The notes below the pieces were generated by a model that had not been told where the DNA came from, did no database searches, and was given only the letters and a program-made list of their open reading frames with translations. The position numbers were made by a program, and so were the translations under genes. From an uncultured Candidatus Saccharibacteria bacterium (GTDB taxonomy: Bacteria > Patescibacteriota > Minisyncoccia > Phycocordibacterales > SW-6-46-9): a stretch of DNA of 64,000 nt. How positions within the stretch are numbered: the first letter of the stretch is position 1; every line of letters starts with the position of its first letter. The stretch lies in assembly GCA_964534365.1 (NCBI GenBank), contig CAZHOI010000002.1:8138-72137 (forward strand). The letters run 5' to 3'. This document shows, in pieces, positions 52,851-63,124 of this stretch.

Positions 52851-53267
52851 TCACTGATTTACTGATGGCTTCTTGGTTCGAAAATTTATTACCCCCACCA
52901 TGATCGCCCCAATGACAGCACCAATGAAATCTGCCAGCAGATCAGTAATAGTATCTAGTTGCAGGGACGGATTTGGCTCGTGCAGTTTAAGGTAAAATTC
53001 CAGATACTCCCAACCAACACCAATAAATAATGACCACCAGATAATGTAGTAATAAAATATAAATGAATCAGTATTATTTGTTCTGAAATAGAGGATTAGC
53101 GAAATTAATAGCGCCGAGATGAATCCCCCAATTAAATGCAGTGGTGTGTCCAACCAGTCATGAAAATAAAACAAATCATTTTGCAAAATATAAAAATAGC
53201 CTAACCATAGTCCATAGGTTAAAAGTATTAGCAAACTCCCGACAATAGCCTTTCGCATTAAGTTCAC
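52851..53267 (-). CDS. Membrane protein (VanZ/DUF2238-like)
   Basis: 4 TM helices; D..LH..GG, GWE..E, DT..DL.AD..G motifs. Confidence 0.7.
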   Translation of the reverse strand: MNLMRKAIVGSLLILLTYGLWLGYFYILQNDLFYFHDWLDTPLHLIGGFISALLISLILYFRTNNTDSFIFYYYIIWWSLFIGVGWEYLEFYLKLHEPNPSLQLDTITDLLADFIGAVIGAIMVGVINFRTKKPSVNQ

Positions 53268-53307
53268 GTTGTGTCAAGTATATCTTATCAAGCTAGCAAT
53301 ACAAATT

Positions 53308-53331
53308 AAAAAGCCCACTTTGACAGTGAGC
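53308..53331 (-). terminator. Intrinsic terminator of the putative 6S RNA
   Basis: GCTCACT-GTCAA-AGTGGGC-TTTTT on the minus strand. Confidence 0.65.
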
Positions 53332-53339
53332 GTCTTGAT

Positions 53340-53480
53340 GCTGCCGGCTCAAATCCTGATATATTCAGGTGGGTGCTCGCAGTTTGATATGCCCGAACAA
53401 ATCAAGCACATACCAAACGATGATAAAGCTCCCTAGAGAAAGATTGTTGGAAATGAATCTCCCGGCAGCTAATTAACTAT
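53340..53480 (-). ncRNA. ssrS: Probable 6S RNA
   Basis: Closing stem GCTGCCGG/CCGGCAGC; GGGAG and GCACCCACCTG...CAGG motifs as in Firmicutes-type 6S; TTGTCA-17-TATAGT promoter; terminator. Confidence 0.65.
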
Positions 53481-53698
53481 AACTGATAACTATAACTATA
53501 ACTATAACAATTGACAAATGACTTATGAAGGTTAAGTTAAATAGTGAAGAGACATAAAAGTTTGCTCTGAAATTCATGCCTTATTTTAAAATAGTTTTAC
53601 GATAAAGTTCGAGAAGGCAAAATCCTTATGCATGAGGCGTATACGTTATACGATGAGTGGATAAGAATTGCAGATGACAAAGAAATTTGAAGTAAAAA

Positions 53699-54307
53699 CT
53701 ATTCTAAAATGCCGTCGAGGTTTACGTCGTATAAAATCCTTTCTTGTACTAGGCGATAATCCAAGACCTTGTCTTCCGATAGCCACAAATCAATTTCGCG
53801 CTCGGCCTCGTCTGGAGCATCCGAACAATGAATCAAATTACGAACCGCGCGATCATCAATGGCAGCAATATTGTATGAATCCAACGTCAAGTCACCTCGG
53901 ATAGTACCAACATCTGATGTCGCTGGTTCGGTTCCCCCTACTAATTTCTTGACCACAGCAACAGCTTGATTACCCTCCAGCACCATTACTATAACTGGAC
54001 CTGCCGTCATAAACTGTACTAGAGCGCGAATAATGTCTTTACCAAATTCAGCGTCAGCTCGAGATTCATCGTATTCCTTACCCGCATTCTTTAAATCTTC
54101 CTTGATCCCCGCTCCTTTGCGTTCAAACCATTCATTGTCTTTGTCATAATGTTTCCACAATTTGTCACTGTCAAGCATCGCCATATTTAAATAGGCAATT
54201 TTTAGCCCAGCCCGTTCAAACCGGCCAATAATCTCTCCTATTAATGACCGCTGAACTCCATCTGGTTTTACAATTACAAAACTGCGTTCCTTTTTTACGT
54301 GTTGCAT
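53699..54307 (-). CDS. ndk: Nucleoside diphosphate kinase (long form)
   Basis: ERSFVIVKPDGVQRSLIGEII.RFE, GTIRGD, NLIHCSD. Confidence 0.95.
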   Translation of the reverse strand: MQHVKKERSFVIVKPDGVQRSLIGEIIGRFERAGLKIAYLNMAMLDSDKLWKHYDKDNEWFERKGAGIKEDLKNAGKEYDESRADAEFGKDIIRALVQFMTAGPVIVMVLEGNQAVAVVKKLVGGTEPATSDVGTIRGDLTLDSYNIAAIDDRAVRNLIHCSDAPDEAEREIDLWLSEDKVLDYRLVQERILYDVNLDGILE

Positions 54308-54357
54308 ATGACTGTGCAGTATAACAACGTTGCTGTATTAAATCTAATTTGCCTGTT

Positions 54358-55767
54358 CTATCGTTTAACTGCACTGGTAGCCAAACCATTGAAATTTGTC
54401 GAGTTTCGACTAATTGCGCGGGCCCGTCCATATGAATTTTGCTGTTTCATCATCGACCACGGGGAAGCAGTCCTGATTTTTGATTCCCCTTTTAGAACCG
54501 CTTGTTGATACTGTTTCATGGCAATAACATCCTTGAGAGCGGTTTGATTTTCGCTATCGCCAGCAGAATTAGCCATCAATGATTCTTCCAGCCGCAAGAG
54601 CAAGGCGGCATAATCTTTATTTGGTTGCATTAACTTATCATTTCGCTCCAGAACTTCATTGACAGTATAGTAAACCAATTGGGGGTCATAATTGCCGGAT
54701 GATAATTCATGGCTAAGAGTATCAATTTCAGACCTCGAAGCTGATTGCGACATAAACAGTTTCGCCAAATCAGCCGCCTGACGCACGGTCATTTTTTCGA
54801 ACTCAGATACTGGGCGCTCGTTGGTACTAGCAGAAACAGGATCTACAGTGGCCTCGTGATTGTTTGCAGACTTGTTTTCTTTATATGAAGTAGATTTGTC
54901 ATCGGCGGAAACTTCTGTTTCTGAACTCGAGCCACCTTCTTCTGCCACATCCCCTTCAACTACTAAATTAGGTTTTTCCTTATTGTAATCAGTTACTAAA
55001 TCATCAATCAATTCAACATCGGGCTTGTTTGTCTCTGGCTCAACTTCTTGTCTTGAGGTTTCCTCCATCAACTTGCCCTCATTCGAGTTTTTTTCCGATT
55101 GGGGATTGCGCAATCCTTTACTATCTTGATAACTTTGTTGATATCTAGCGCGGCGTTTGTCTTCGGCTGTTTTGCCATCTAGTTTATCCATCAATAATTG
55201 AGTCAAATTAGTCAACTTGTCCAACCCTTCCTTTACTGTTTCTAACCCATCCTCTAGTGATTTCAGTTTTTCAATTGCCATCGCTGTCATCTCTTCATCG
55301 GATTCATCAGAAACCGCTAAATCCTCGGCTAAACTAGCCTCGGCTTCGCCAAGGTCAGTTTTTTGTTCTGAATTGGACCATCGATCTCTAATCCCCTTTA
55401 AAAACCGAGCCTTTTTACTACGTTGCTCAATCGCCTTTTGTTTCAGTGCCTGCGCCTCAACATCCTCAGAATCATCGGGCAATAATCCCGCTTCTCTTAA
55501 AAGCTCTACATCCTTATCATCAAGCTTGCTTTGATATTCTAAAAACAGTTTACCATCAGGCATTGATAGATTGTTTAAAATAGCATCAGCATTATTCTGT
55601 GCTGCCTGAGTTTCCTGAGTTGCCTGAGTCGCCTCGGCTGCCTCGACTGATAAACCTGCGGAGAGGTTAGAATTTTCAATTGCTGAGGTTGCTAAATCAG
55701 AATCCACGATACTATCGCGATTAGTTTGGTCGTCCCCAGAAGTTAAATTATGTTCAAATGATGACAT
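54358..55767 (-). CDS. Acidic coiled-coil hypothetical protein
   Basis: 469-aa ORF, low complexity, no signal peptide, in the ATPase operon. Confidence 0.6.
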   Translation of the reverse strand: MSSFEHNLTSGDDQTNRDSIVDSDLATSAIENSNLSAGLSVEAAEATQATQETQAAQNNADAILNNLSMPDGKLFLEYQSKLDDKDVELLREAGLLPDDSEDVEAQALKQKAIEQRSKKARFLKGIRDRWSNSEQKTDLGEAEASLAEDLAVSDESDEEMTAMAIEKLKSLEDGLETVKEGLDKLTNLTQLLMDKLDGKTAEDKRRARYQQSYQDSKGLRNPQSEKNSNEGKLMEETSRQEVEPETNKPDVELIDDLVTDYNKEKPNLVVEGDVAEEGGSSSETEVSADDKSTSYKENKSANNHEATVDPVSASTNERPVSEFEKMTVRQAADLAKLFMSQSASRSEIDTLSHELSSGNYDPQLVYYTVNEVLERNDKLMQPNKDYAALLLRLEESLMANSAGDSENQTALKDVIAMKQYQQAVLKGESKIRTASPWSMMKQQNSYGRARAISRNSTNFNGLATSAVKR

Positions 55768-55768
55768 A

Positions 55769-56062
55769 TTAAATATTTAGCTTTTTACGCAACTCGGCCA
55801 AACGCTCTTCATCAGACATCGGTAAGTTGGAGGCATCACTGGATTTAGCTGATGGAGTGGGTGAAGTAGCTGGGGCAGCATCCAAATTATTAGACGGAAT
55901 CGAATCGGGCTTTTCGGAATTTTGTCGGTAGGCGGCAATTTTGGCGATCAATTCATCGTATTCAGCCATTAATTTTTGATACTGTTGCTTGTCCTCATCG
56001 GTAAGTGAACTCATGTAAAAAGTATAACAGACAAGTCGCTGGAAGTAGGTGTGGATTATCAA
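55769..56062 (-). CDS. Small coiled-coil hypothetical protein (start probably ATG 56014)
   Basis: Helix-linker-helix; stop 1 bp before the next ATG. Confidence 0.5.
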   Translation of the reverse strand: MIIHTYFQRLVCYTFYMSSLTDEDKQQYQKLMAEYDELIAKIAAYRQNSEKPDSIPSNNLDAAPATSPTPSAKSSDASNLPMSDEERLAELRKKLNI

Positions 56063-56068
56063 AATTTT

Positions 56069-58948
56069 TTAGAAAAATGGCGAGGCGGCGAATGGGTCTG
56101 GGCCGGCGGCTTTCTTTTCGTAGCGTTTCTTTATCTCGGCCTCGACTTCTGATCGAGGTCGACCGAATTTAAGATATGACAATTCTTTTAATGCATCCAA
56201 ATGTTCAGTAGAACCTTCTGGGGGTGGCAGGGTTGCCATCGAAAACGGCTTGACCGGGGTTCCCACTGCCAACATCTTCATATAAGCGTTCCAGTTGGGA
56301 ATGTTGGCAATGTCTCGTTGCGAGAATATTGGACCCAACATCTTTTCAAACACTTCGGCATCTTCGGTAGAGACACGAAATACGGCCATTGATCCGACGT
56401 TACCGAATACCGCATTACGAATTGATTCCTCTAGCTGTTTAATGTATTGGTGCGCTGCAATTAGTCCCAGATTATATTTTCTAGCTTCGGAGAGTATGAC
56501 TGCAATCGAATCAGTAGTAACGTTCTGAAATTCGTCAATATATAAATAAAACGGTGGCAAGTCCTGACCAAATGAATCTACCCGCGACATCGCTGCCATG
56601 GTGATCTTGCCCACAATTATTAGTCCTAATAAATTCGAGTTGATATCCCCTAACCGCCCTTTAGCCAAATTTACCAGCAAAATCTTGCGATCATCCATGA
56701 TCTCGCGGAATTTTAGGCTGGACTGTTCTTGGGCAATGATTGGACGCATATAATCATTGGACAGAAAGCCATCAAATTTCGAGGTAATATACGGCACAAT
56801 ATTTTCAAGTGATGCCTCACCACCAGCTTTTCCTGCAATTTCGTTCCAAAATTGATTGACGATAAAATTATTAGATTTGGCTAATTTGTCCTTGCGAAAT
56901 TGTTCATCGGCTAATACTCGCGATATATCTAGCAAAGTATTACCTGATGCCGGGTCTTCCATTACCAAACCGGTCGCATTACGAAAATACTGTTCAAACA
57001 TCGGCCCGCCAGCAGTTTTCATGTCGAATAATTTGTTGAAAATCCCTAGCAGCTCGTTAATAACAAATGTTTTCTGTTCCGGAAAGAGCTCGTCATATTC
57101 CAGCATATTCAACGCCATCGGCCGGGCCAAATGCGATGGATCAAAATAAATGACATCTTCGTATCTGTGGGGTGGGATATTAGATAAAATATATTGCACA
57201 TCTGATCCATGTGGGTCGATAAAACAACAACCCTCACCTGCCTGGATATCTTGCAAAATCATGTTGGTTAACATCACCGATTTACCGGTACCAGTTTGTC
57301 CAATCACATACATATGCCTAACTCGATCCTTTGGGGTCATGTGGATGTCCAACTCCGTGCCGCGATGTTTGTTGACGCCCAATAGAATTCCATCTTTTGG
57401 CATATCAATGGGTGCCGGTGCGGTAACTGATCGTTGTTCTTTGATCTCGCGCGCCCCTTCTAATGATCTAACCGGAAAATGATATAGGGTTGATAGTTCA
57501 GTTAAATTCAGTGGCATCGCCTGTTTATCATTAAATAACCGAAATGAATACTGATGCAGAAATTCATCCAACCGGCGATCATTAACGTCCCGAAACGCGA
57601 TTTCATTACCCAGCGGATTTTCGAATTGACGAAAGGCTGATTTTAGAATGGTTAATAGCTCACCCGCGCGGTGTCTGGTGGGGGCTGATACCACAATTCG
57701 AATATTGACATGACTCAATGGCGAGGCAATTTTTTTCTGCAGAGCCTCGATTGAAGCTTGTCGGCGCGCCTGGGCTTCGGTAGTTTCGTCTTTACTATCA
57801 TCTTTGTCAGGATCGGAAATTACGTCTTTGATGACGTCTTTGCCCACCTTCCAGAATTCGCGCACCAGTGACGTATTGATCGCATCTTTAATGTCCTCAC
57901 CGCGCTCGATCTGTTTCATCGCATGTTCATAAGACTTACGTTGACTCTCTGGCGCCTCGCGGAATATCACCTGAATAGCACAGCCTTCACCTACTTCGGC
58001 CAGTTTTGAAAACGCATTTAAAATAACCGACAGTGGATCGTGGTCAAATTCATCATAGGTTTTTAGAGGGAAAGCAGCCTCGTCATCAACCTGGGCGGTT
58101 GACCCCACTGTTACACCCTCGTCGTTGAAGACATTGTAGTCATTTTTGACCACTTCGATTCTGGCATTGGTAAAAATCGACTGGACCTGGCGTTCAAATA
58201 ATCCCCGCCGGGCATCCGGTACTGCACAGTAAAATGATATCTCTTCGCCGACGTGTGATACGGCAATTTCAAATGAAAAGTATTCTCGAATTCGACCTTT
58301 GTCTGAACCGTGTGGCAGTAGTCCCGCAAATACTTGCTCCATTGACGACACCAAATTTTTAAGCTCTTTCTTATCAGACTCATCATTGGCTGGTGGCAAT
58401 ACTACCTCATATAATGTCATGTGCAGGGCGCGATACAATGGCATCGAATCTTTTAGTCCCTGAATTTGATAACCGCCTTTTAAATATTGCACCAAAAATC
58501 GATGGAAGTCGTCCTCGACATGAGGGTTGTCTAATTGATCAACCACCGACAGAGCGTTTTTGATTCCCCGCTGTTGCATCACCTTAACCAGCTCGGCCAT
58601 TTGCCAATCGTGTTCTTCGGGTTCCAACTCGAGCCCTAATTGCCTAATCTCTTGCTCGCTAGTTTGATAGTCATTATGCAATACATTTTCAGCCGGCGAT
58701 GCCTGATACTCGCGTGTTACCGCTGCGGCGGCCTCATTACCCCTTTCATGTGCTGCCGTAGGGCCAGATCGTTCGTAATTACCCTGTTGCAACTGAGCCT
58801 CGCGTTCGGCAATTTGTTGGCGCAAATACGCCACCTCTTCCTCGGGAGTCGAGAATTTCGGTTGTTCGCTGGCACTTGATTGCGCGGTTTTTTCGATACC
58901 CAAATCGGACCTAATCGAATCCAATGAACTACTTTGATGCAATGCCAT
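56069..58948 (-). CDS. VirD4/TraG/TrwB-like (DUF87/HerA) P-loop ATPase, CPR type
   Basis: DRVRHMYVIGQTGTGKS, IDPHG, KILLVNLAKG, FYLYIDEFQN, LSEARKY, AHQY, GNVGS..FRV. Confidence 0.9.
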   Translation of the reverse strand: MALHQSSSLDSIRSDLGIEKTAQSSASEQPKFSTPEEEVAYLRQQIAEREAQLQQGNYERSGPTAAHERGNEAAAAVTREYQASPAENVLHNDYQTSEQEIRQLGLELEPEEHDWQMAELVKVMQQRGIKNALSVVDQLDNPHVEDDFHRFLVQYLKGGYQIQGLKDSMPLYRALHMTLYEVVLPPANDESDKKELKNLVSSMEQVFAGLLPHGSDKGRIREYFSFEIAVSHVGEEISFYCAVPDARRGLFERQVQSIFTNARIEVVKNDYNVFNDEGVTVGSTAQVDDEAAFPLKTYDEFDHDPLSVILNAFSKLAEVGEGCAIQVIFREAPESQRKSYEHAMKQIERGEDIKDAINTSLVREFWKVGKDVIKDVISDPDKDDSKDETTEAQARRQASIEALQKKIASPLSHVNIRIVVSAPTRHRAGELLTILKSAFRQFENPLGNEIAFRDVNDRRLDEFLHQYSFRLFNDKQAMPLNLTELSTLYHFPVRSLEGAREIKEQRSVTAPAPIDMPKDGILLGVNKHRGTELDIHMTPKDRVRHMYVIGQTGTGKSVMLTNMILQDIQAGEGCCFIDPHGSDVQYILSNIPPHRYEDVIYFDPSHLARPMALNMLEYDELFPEQKTFVINELLGIFNKLFDMKTAGGPMFEQYFRNATGLVMEDPASGNTLLDISRVLADEQFRKDKLAKSNNFIVNQFWNEIAGKAGGEASLENIVPYITSKFDGFLSNDYMRPIIAQEQSSLKFREIMDDRKILLVNLAKGRLGDINSNLLGLIIVGKITMAAMSRVDSFGQDLPPFYLYIDEFQNVTTDSIAVILSEARKYNLGLIAAHQYIKQLEESIRNAVFGNVGSMAVFRVSTEDAEVFEKMLGPIFSQRDIANIPNWNAYMKMLAVGTPVKPFSMATLPPPEGSTEHLDALKELSYLKFGRPRSEVEAEIKKRYEKKAAGPDPFAASPFF

Positions 58949-58971
58949 TAGGTACTAGTGTAGCAGACCTC

Positions 58972-59946
58972 CTAATTCAGAGAAGAGGTATTAATTAAAT
59001 CAATTATCTGCCTACGGTAATTAACAGCATTAACAGGATCAAAATCTGATCCAGATTCGTCTATAAGCCATTTTTGAACCAGTCCATATTCTAGCTGGTG
59101 ATCTCTGCGTAATGCTTCAGGATTATTTAAATAGTCCTTAACTATATCCGCATACCATTCAGTCAAAGCCATCAGTTTATCTAGACTTTTGTCATCACTA
59201 AATTCTTCTCTTACTCTTTCACTATATTCGCTCCTGTAACGATTAGGTTGCTGGTAAACTATTAACGCTTCATTAAGAAAAGCGACTCGTTGCTCATAAG
59301 TTAGATATCGCGCACCGTTCCAATCAGTTTTATGGCCTAATTCGTGTGCAATAGTTTGAAATATCGTTTCAGCCTTTGTAACACCTTTTGTATTATAGTC
59401 ATTTATTAATTCATTCATAGGAACAGAAATTACGATCGAATCTGCTGATAAAGTAACCCTACCATATTCGAACTGATAGCTATCGGGGCCAGTTATCTCA
59501 ATACTAGATTCGATATAAGCTATAACATCAATATTGCCATTCACGACTGATTCAGGTAAAGAGGAAGAGCCGATTAAGTTTTGTACTAACTTTTTATTAA
59601 TGCCAATTCTTTCAAACCCTTGTATTTCTGGTTCTTCTGGAAATTTTTCCTTTGTGTCCTCAACTCTTTCAACCTCCGAACTAATGTAGCCAAGAGTTAA
59701 AATTGATCCCAAACGTCCTAAGCGTTCATTCATATTCTTACTATAAAACTGAGTCTGTTCTTCCGTTAATTGAGCCCCTGCATGATCTTCATCGAAGCCC
59801 TCCATTGCTGCTTTGGTTGTTCCCTCACAGCCAGTTGCACCAATTGTCAACAACCCAAGTGCAAGTATACGCATACGATAAGAGACCGATTTGAAAAATT
59901 TTGGTATTTTACCTTCTTTAGTATTAGACTGATTGAAAACTTCCAT
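58972..59946 (-). CDS. Putative zinc metallopeptidase (HExxH) with lipobox-like segment
   Basis: LGLLTIGATGC; TIAHELGH...EWYAD. Confidence 0.6.
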   Translation of the reverse strand: MEVFNQSNTKEGKIPKFFKSVSYRMRILALGLLTIGATGCEGTTKAAMEGFDEDHAGAQLTEEQTQFYSKNMNERLGRLGSILTLGYISSEVERVEDTKEKFPEEPEIQGFERIGINKKLVQNLIGSSSLPESVVNGNIDVIAYIESSIEITGPDSYQFEYGRVTLSADSIVISVPMNELINDYNTKGVTKAETIFQTIAHELGHKTDWNGARYLTYEQRVAFLNEALIVYQQPNRYRSEYSERVREEFSDDKSLDKLMALTEWYADIVKDYLNNPEALRRDHQLEYGLVQKWLIDESGSDFDPVNAVNYRRQIIDLINTSSLN

Positions 59947-59962
59947 AAAGTTAATTATTTGC

Positions 59963-62797
59963 CTAACTCACGTAAGCATTAATATCAATACTATTTTCTT
60001 CTGCTACTGCATTAATTCGATCCAACAAATTTTCATAGTTTTCAGTCATACTTTCTGCATTTAAATTAGCACTACTAGGATTTTGCATTTCAGTAACAGT
60101 TTCTGGATCAAAGCCAAAGAGACCAAATATTGAAACCCTATTACCTTCAAACATAACTTGTGGAGCAGATTGAGTTATATCTGGATTATTTAACCATTCA
60201 GTAATATCAGGCATAACATTATAAATTACATTTCGAATAGTCTCGGGATTCATACGATTAGCAAATCGATTAGACCAAAATTCAAGAATTTCATCGTAGT
60301 GGTCAATCCGATCAGTCGTAGCAGCATTTAAAATTTCTTCTAATTTTTCATATTCAGTGTTTTCTAGAAATAAGTTTAGTTCAGGGTTAGATAGTTGATC
60401 TAGTTCCGGTACGTCATCTGGGATATTAAATACACCGTCATCTAACCCAACAATATTACCTTCAGTATCTACTGAAATTCCGTTAGAGGCTTTATCGGGA
60501 ATCATAATATCGCCATCGGTATCTACATAACTACTGCCCAGTTCCTGACCAACCTTGTAATCAGCTTCAGGTGCATCTTGCCATACCTCGTCACTAAGCT
60601 CTTCTGGGGTAAAATCGCTTCCACTGGCTTGCTGCCATAAAGTATCTACCTCGCCGTCAGCATGAACTAGCCTAATTTCGTCATCAATTAATTCAAGTTT
60701 GTCGCCAGGATGGATCACCACGCTCTCGTGTTCAAATTCAGGACGATAGCCGCCCAGTTTTTGCGCCAAGGCTTCACGATCCATGTCCAGCAGTTCTTGA
60801 TATTGCAATCTTTGCGCTGGTTCTAGTTGTCTGATTTGATCTTGCAGGTCACCTGACGCTTCGATAAAGGTGCTAGCTGAACCACTGCCGTCAATCCCAT
60901 CATAGTCAGTCCACTGATCTACATTAACTACCAATGGCATGTGCGAATCTGGCACATTTGGCGCATTGTTTGGACCATCTGCCCGATCAACCAAGTCATC
61001 TATAATATCATCTTCAGTTATTGGTGAACCTGTGGGATCGGGCAAATCTTCTGAACTTACTAAATTACCTACCCCATGAGTAACAAATGGCAAAGCTGCG
61101 GCCAATCCTCCTACGCCAGCTGCGGCCAACCTTCTTTTAATTCTATTTGAGCGTTCAATGGAAACTGAATCAGCCTCGTCTTCGACCAGCGAGTCAAGCT
61201 CGCGGTCAAAATCTTCCATAATAACTGCAAATTTCTCTTGCTCGTCCGCTGTTTTAACCTTTTCTCGCAAAATTTCTTGGCGTTTTTTCAATATTGCCGC
61301 AACTACCGCTTGATCTAATTTACTATTTTCTAGGCTAGACTCAACAAAAGCTGTTTTGCGTTCAATTTGCAACGCTTGCAGTCTAGCGGCTTCTTTTAGG
61401 ACTTCTTCATCACCTAGTTTGCCGACATAATCATTGTATACAGACTCTTCAGAGATAGTTTGATTTGGTTTGAAACTTTTTCTGATCTCTTTGACAATTT
61501 CATCTGTTTTACCTCGGTGCGACCAGCGACCAAATTGTTCTAGGAGAGATTCGGTCGCTAAATATCCTCCAACCCCCCGTGATAAAGCGCTTACCGCGGC
61601 TCGTAACGCGGTTAGAGGCGCAAAAAAGAATCCGGCAACACCCAAGGTGCCACCTATTGCATAGCGCGTCTTTCTAGCCCCAGAACTAAACCATTTATTT
61701 CTAAACTTGGTCAGCAATGAATCATCGGCGTTTTCAGTAATAAACAAATCAACTTGACTTTGTTCTTCTTCCAAAAACTTTTGCACCAGATCTTGGGCGG
61801 CCTCCTGATTTAGCTTATCTCTAGCTGATTCAACTTTTTTGGTTTGTTGATTCAGTTGCTCGTTAATCTGAGTCAGATCAGTTTTTAATGAATTTAGCTT
61901 ATCTTCATCAATGTCTTCGCCATTTGTTTTGCTTAATTCCAATTTAGCAATCTCGTCTTCGAGTTTGATTTTATTTTTTTCCAACTCTACTAATTTGTAC
62001 CTCTCGGACTCAAAACTGTCCCTGTCATCAGCACCGCCGGCTTTTACCTCAGCAGCGATGGCCACACTCATCGCCTGGTAATACTCTTGTCCTAGCTGTT
62101 CATTCTTTTCTGCTTGCTCGGCCCTTTTATTACCCCACCATCCTAGTGGTAGCAGTCTTCTATGCTCTATCAGTGCTTGAAAATATCTTTTTCTTTTATT
62201 ATCTAAAACTTTTCTAAGCCCACCCATGTCAGCCAAAGATTCTGCCCTATTAGGATCAGATGCCCCATCAGCAGAGACTACTTCTAATTTGTCTTCGTCT
62301 GCTTTGTTCTTTTCATCTTCATCTTTATCCTCTGCAGTAGCTGCCGGCTCATCCTCAATCTCGCTACTTACTACTTCATCTGATTCTTTGTTAATTTCTT
62401 TGTCATTCCTGTTTGCTTTATCATCTTCATCCTCTAACTTGTTAGATTCTGTAAATTTTGCCTCTTGTTCAAATTTTTTTACTGAATCTGCCACGTCTTT
62501 TGTCAGCTTAGTTATTTCTCCGGTGTTGATACCACTAAAAAGCAAAGAGTCGCTGACGTCTCCCAAGATTAGTTGATTTGGTGAAAAAGTACCTTTCTTA
62601 AGCCTCTCAGTGACTGCGTCAAGCAGCCTCTCCTTTGCTTTATCCATTGATGAAGTTACCTCGGACAGGTTAGCTTTTAGATCTAAACTTTCCTCCCTAT
62701 CTGTTTTTTTTTCTTTAGAATTTTCTCTCTCTAAAACCCCTCCTCCTTGAGATTTAAATCTTTCAAGACCTGGTTTTTTAGGACCCTTTTCTGACAT
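59963..62797 (-). CDS. Large acidic coiled-coil protein with Gly/Ala-rich hydrophobic segments
   Basis: Long heptad regions; AIGGTLGVAGFFF...GVGGY and LAAAGVGGLAAALPF segments. Confidence 0.65.
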   Translation of the reverse strand: MSEKGPKKPGLERFKSQGGGVLERENSKEKKTDREESLDLKANLSEVTSSMDKAKERLLDAVTERLKKGTFSPNQLILGDVSDSLLFSGINTGEITKLTKDVADSVKKFEQEAKFTESNKLEDEDDKANRNDKEINKESDEVVSSEIEDEPAATAEDKDEDEKNKADEDKLEVVSADGASDPNRAESLADMGGLRKVLDNKRKRYFQALIEHRRLLPLGWWGNKRAEQAEKNEQLGQEYYQAMSVAIAAEVKAGGADDRDSFESERYKLVELEKNKIKLEDEIAKLELSKTNGEDIDEDKLNSLKTDLTQINEQLNQQTKKVESARDKLNQEAAQDLVQKFLEEEQSQVDLFITENADDSLLTKFRNKWFSSGARKTRYAIGGTLGVAGFFFAPLTALRAAVSALSRGVGGYLATESLLEQFGRWSHRGKTDEIVKEIRKSFKPNQTISEESVYNDYVGKLGDEEVLKEAARLQALQIERKTAFVESSLENSKLDQAVVAAILKKRQEILREKVKTADEQEKFAVIMEDFDRELDSLVEDEADSVSIERSNRIKRRLAAAGVGGLAAALPFVTHGVGNLVSSEDLPDPTGSPITEDDIIDDLVDRADGPNNAPNVPDSHMPLVVNVDQWTDYDGIDGSGSASTFIEASGDLQDQIRQLEPAQRLQYQELLDMDREALAQKLGGYRPEFEHESVVIHPGDKLELIDDEIRLVHADGEVDTLWQQASGSDFTPEELSDEVWQDAPEADYKVGQELGSSYVDTDGDIMIPDKASNGISVDTEGNIVGLDDGVFNIPDDVPELDQLSNPELNLFLENTEYEKLEEILNAATTDRIDHYDEILEFWSNRFANRMNPETIRNVIYNVMPDITEWLNNPDITQSAPQVMFEGNRVSIFGLFGFDPETVTEMQNPSSANLNAESMTENYENLLDRINAVAEENSIDINAYVS

Positions 62798-62798
62798 A

Positions 62799-63110
62799 TT
62801 AAACCTTTACCGCCCCATAAGTTTCTAATAGCTGTTTTTTCAAGTTGGCTAATATGTTGGCTGCCATTGTTTCTATTTCGGGAAGCTGTTTTTTCAAAAA
62901 TAAATAGATCTCTCCATTACTAGAGTCATTATCAATCATTTTATCAAGTCGCTCTGCCTGATCGTCATTTAACCGGGAATAAACCTGTACCAACAATCTT
63001 TGCTCAGCTACCTGAGACATTTTGGTCGCTAATTGTTCCTGCTGATCTGTGGGTAGATCTTGCAATTCTAGTGCTTCTAAAAGATTTATATTGAGATAAT
63101 CAGTGATCAT
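62799..63110 (-). CDS. DUF5663-like small helical protein (CPR)
   Basis: LEALELQDLP.DQQEQL...L...L.....L...LP.I pattern. Confidence 0.6.
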   Translation of the reverse strand: MITDYLNINLLEALELQDLPTDQQEQLATKMSQVAEQRLLVQVYSRLNDDQAERLDKMIDNDSSNGEIYLFLKKQLPEIETMAANILANLKKQLLETYGAVKV

Positions 63111-63124
63111 ATGAAACTATTATA

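Noticed and set aside
53668-53904. 78-aa plus-strand ORF and other short antisense ORFs inside long genes
   Set aside because: Shadow ORFs opposite well-supported genes
27826-56058. DnaA-box-like sites as oriC
   Set aside because: Sites are isolated rather than clustered, and no dnaA/dnaN is in the window
56021-56058. Fourth DnaA-box/-10 pair
   Set aside because: Box is mismatched and spacing is 24 bp, not 31 or 41
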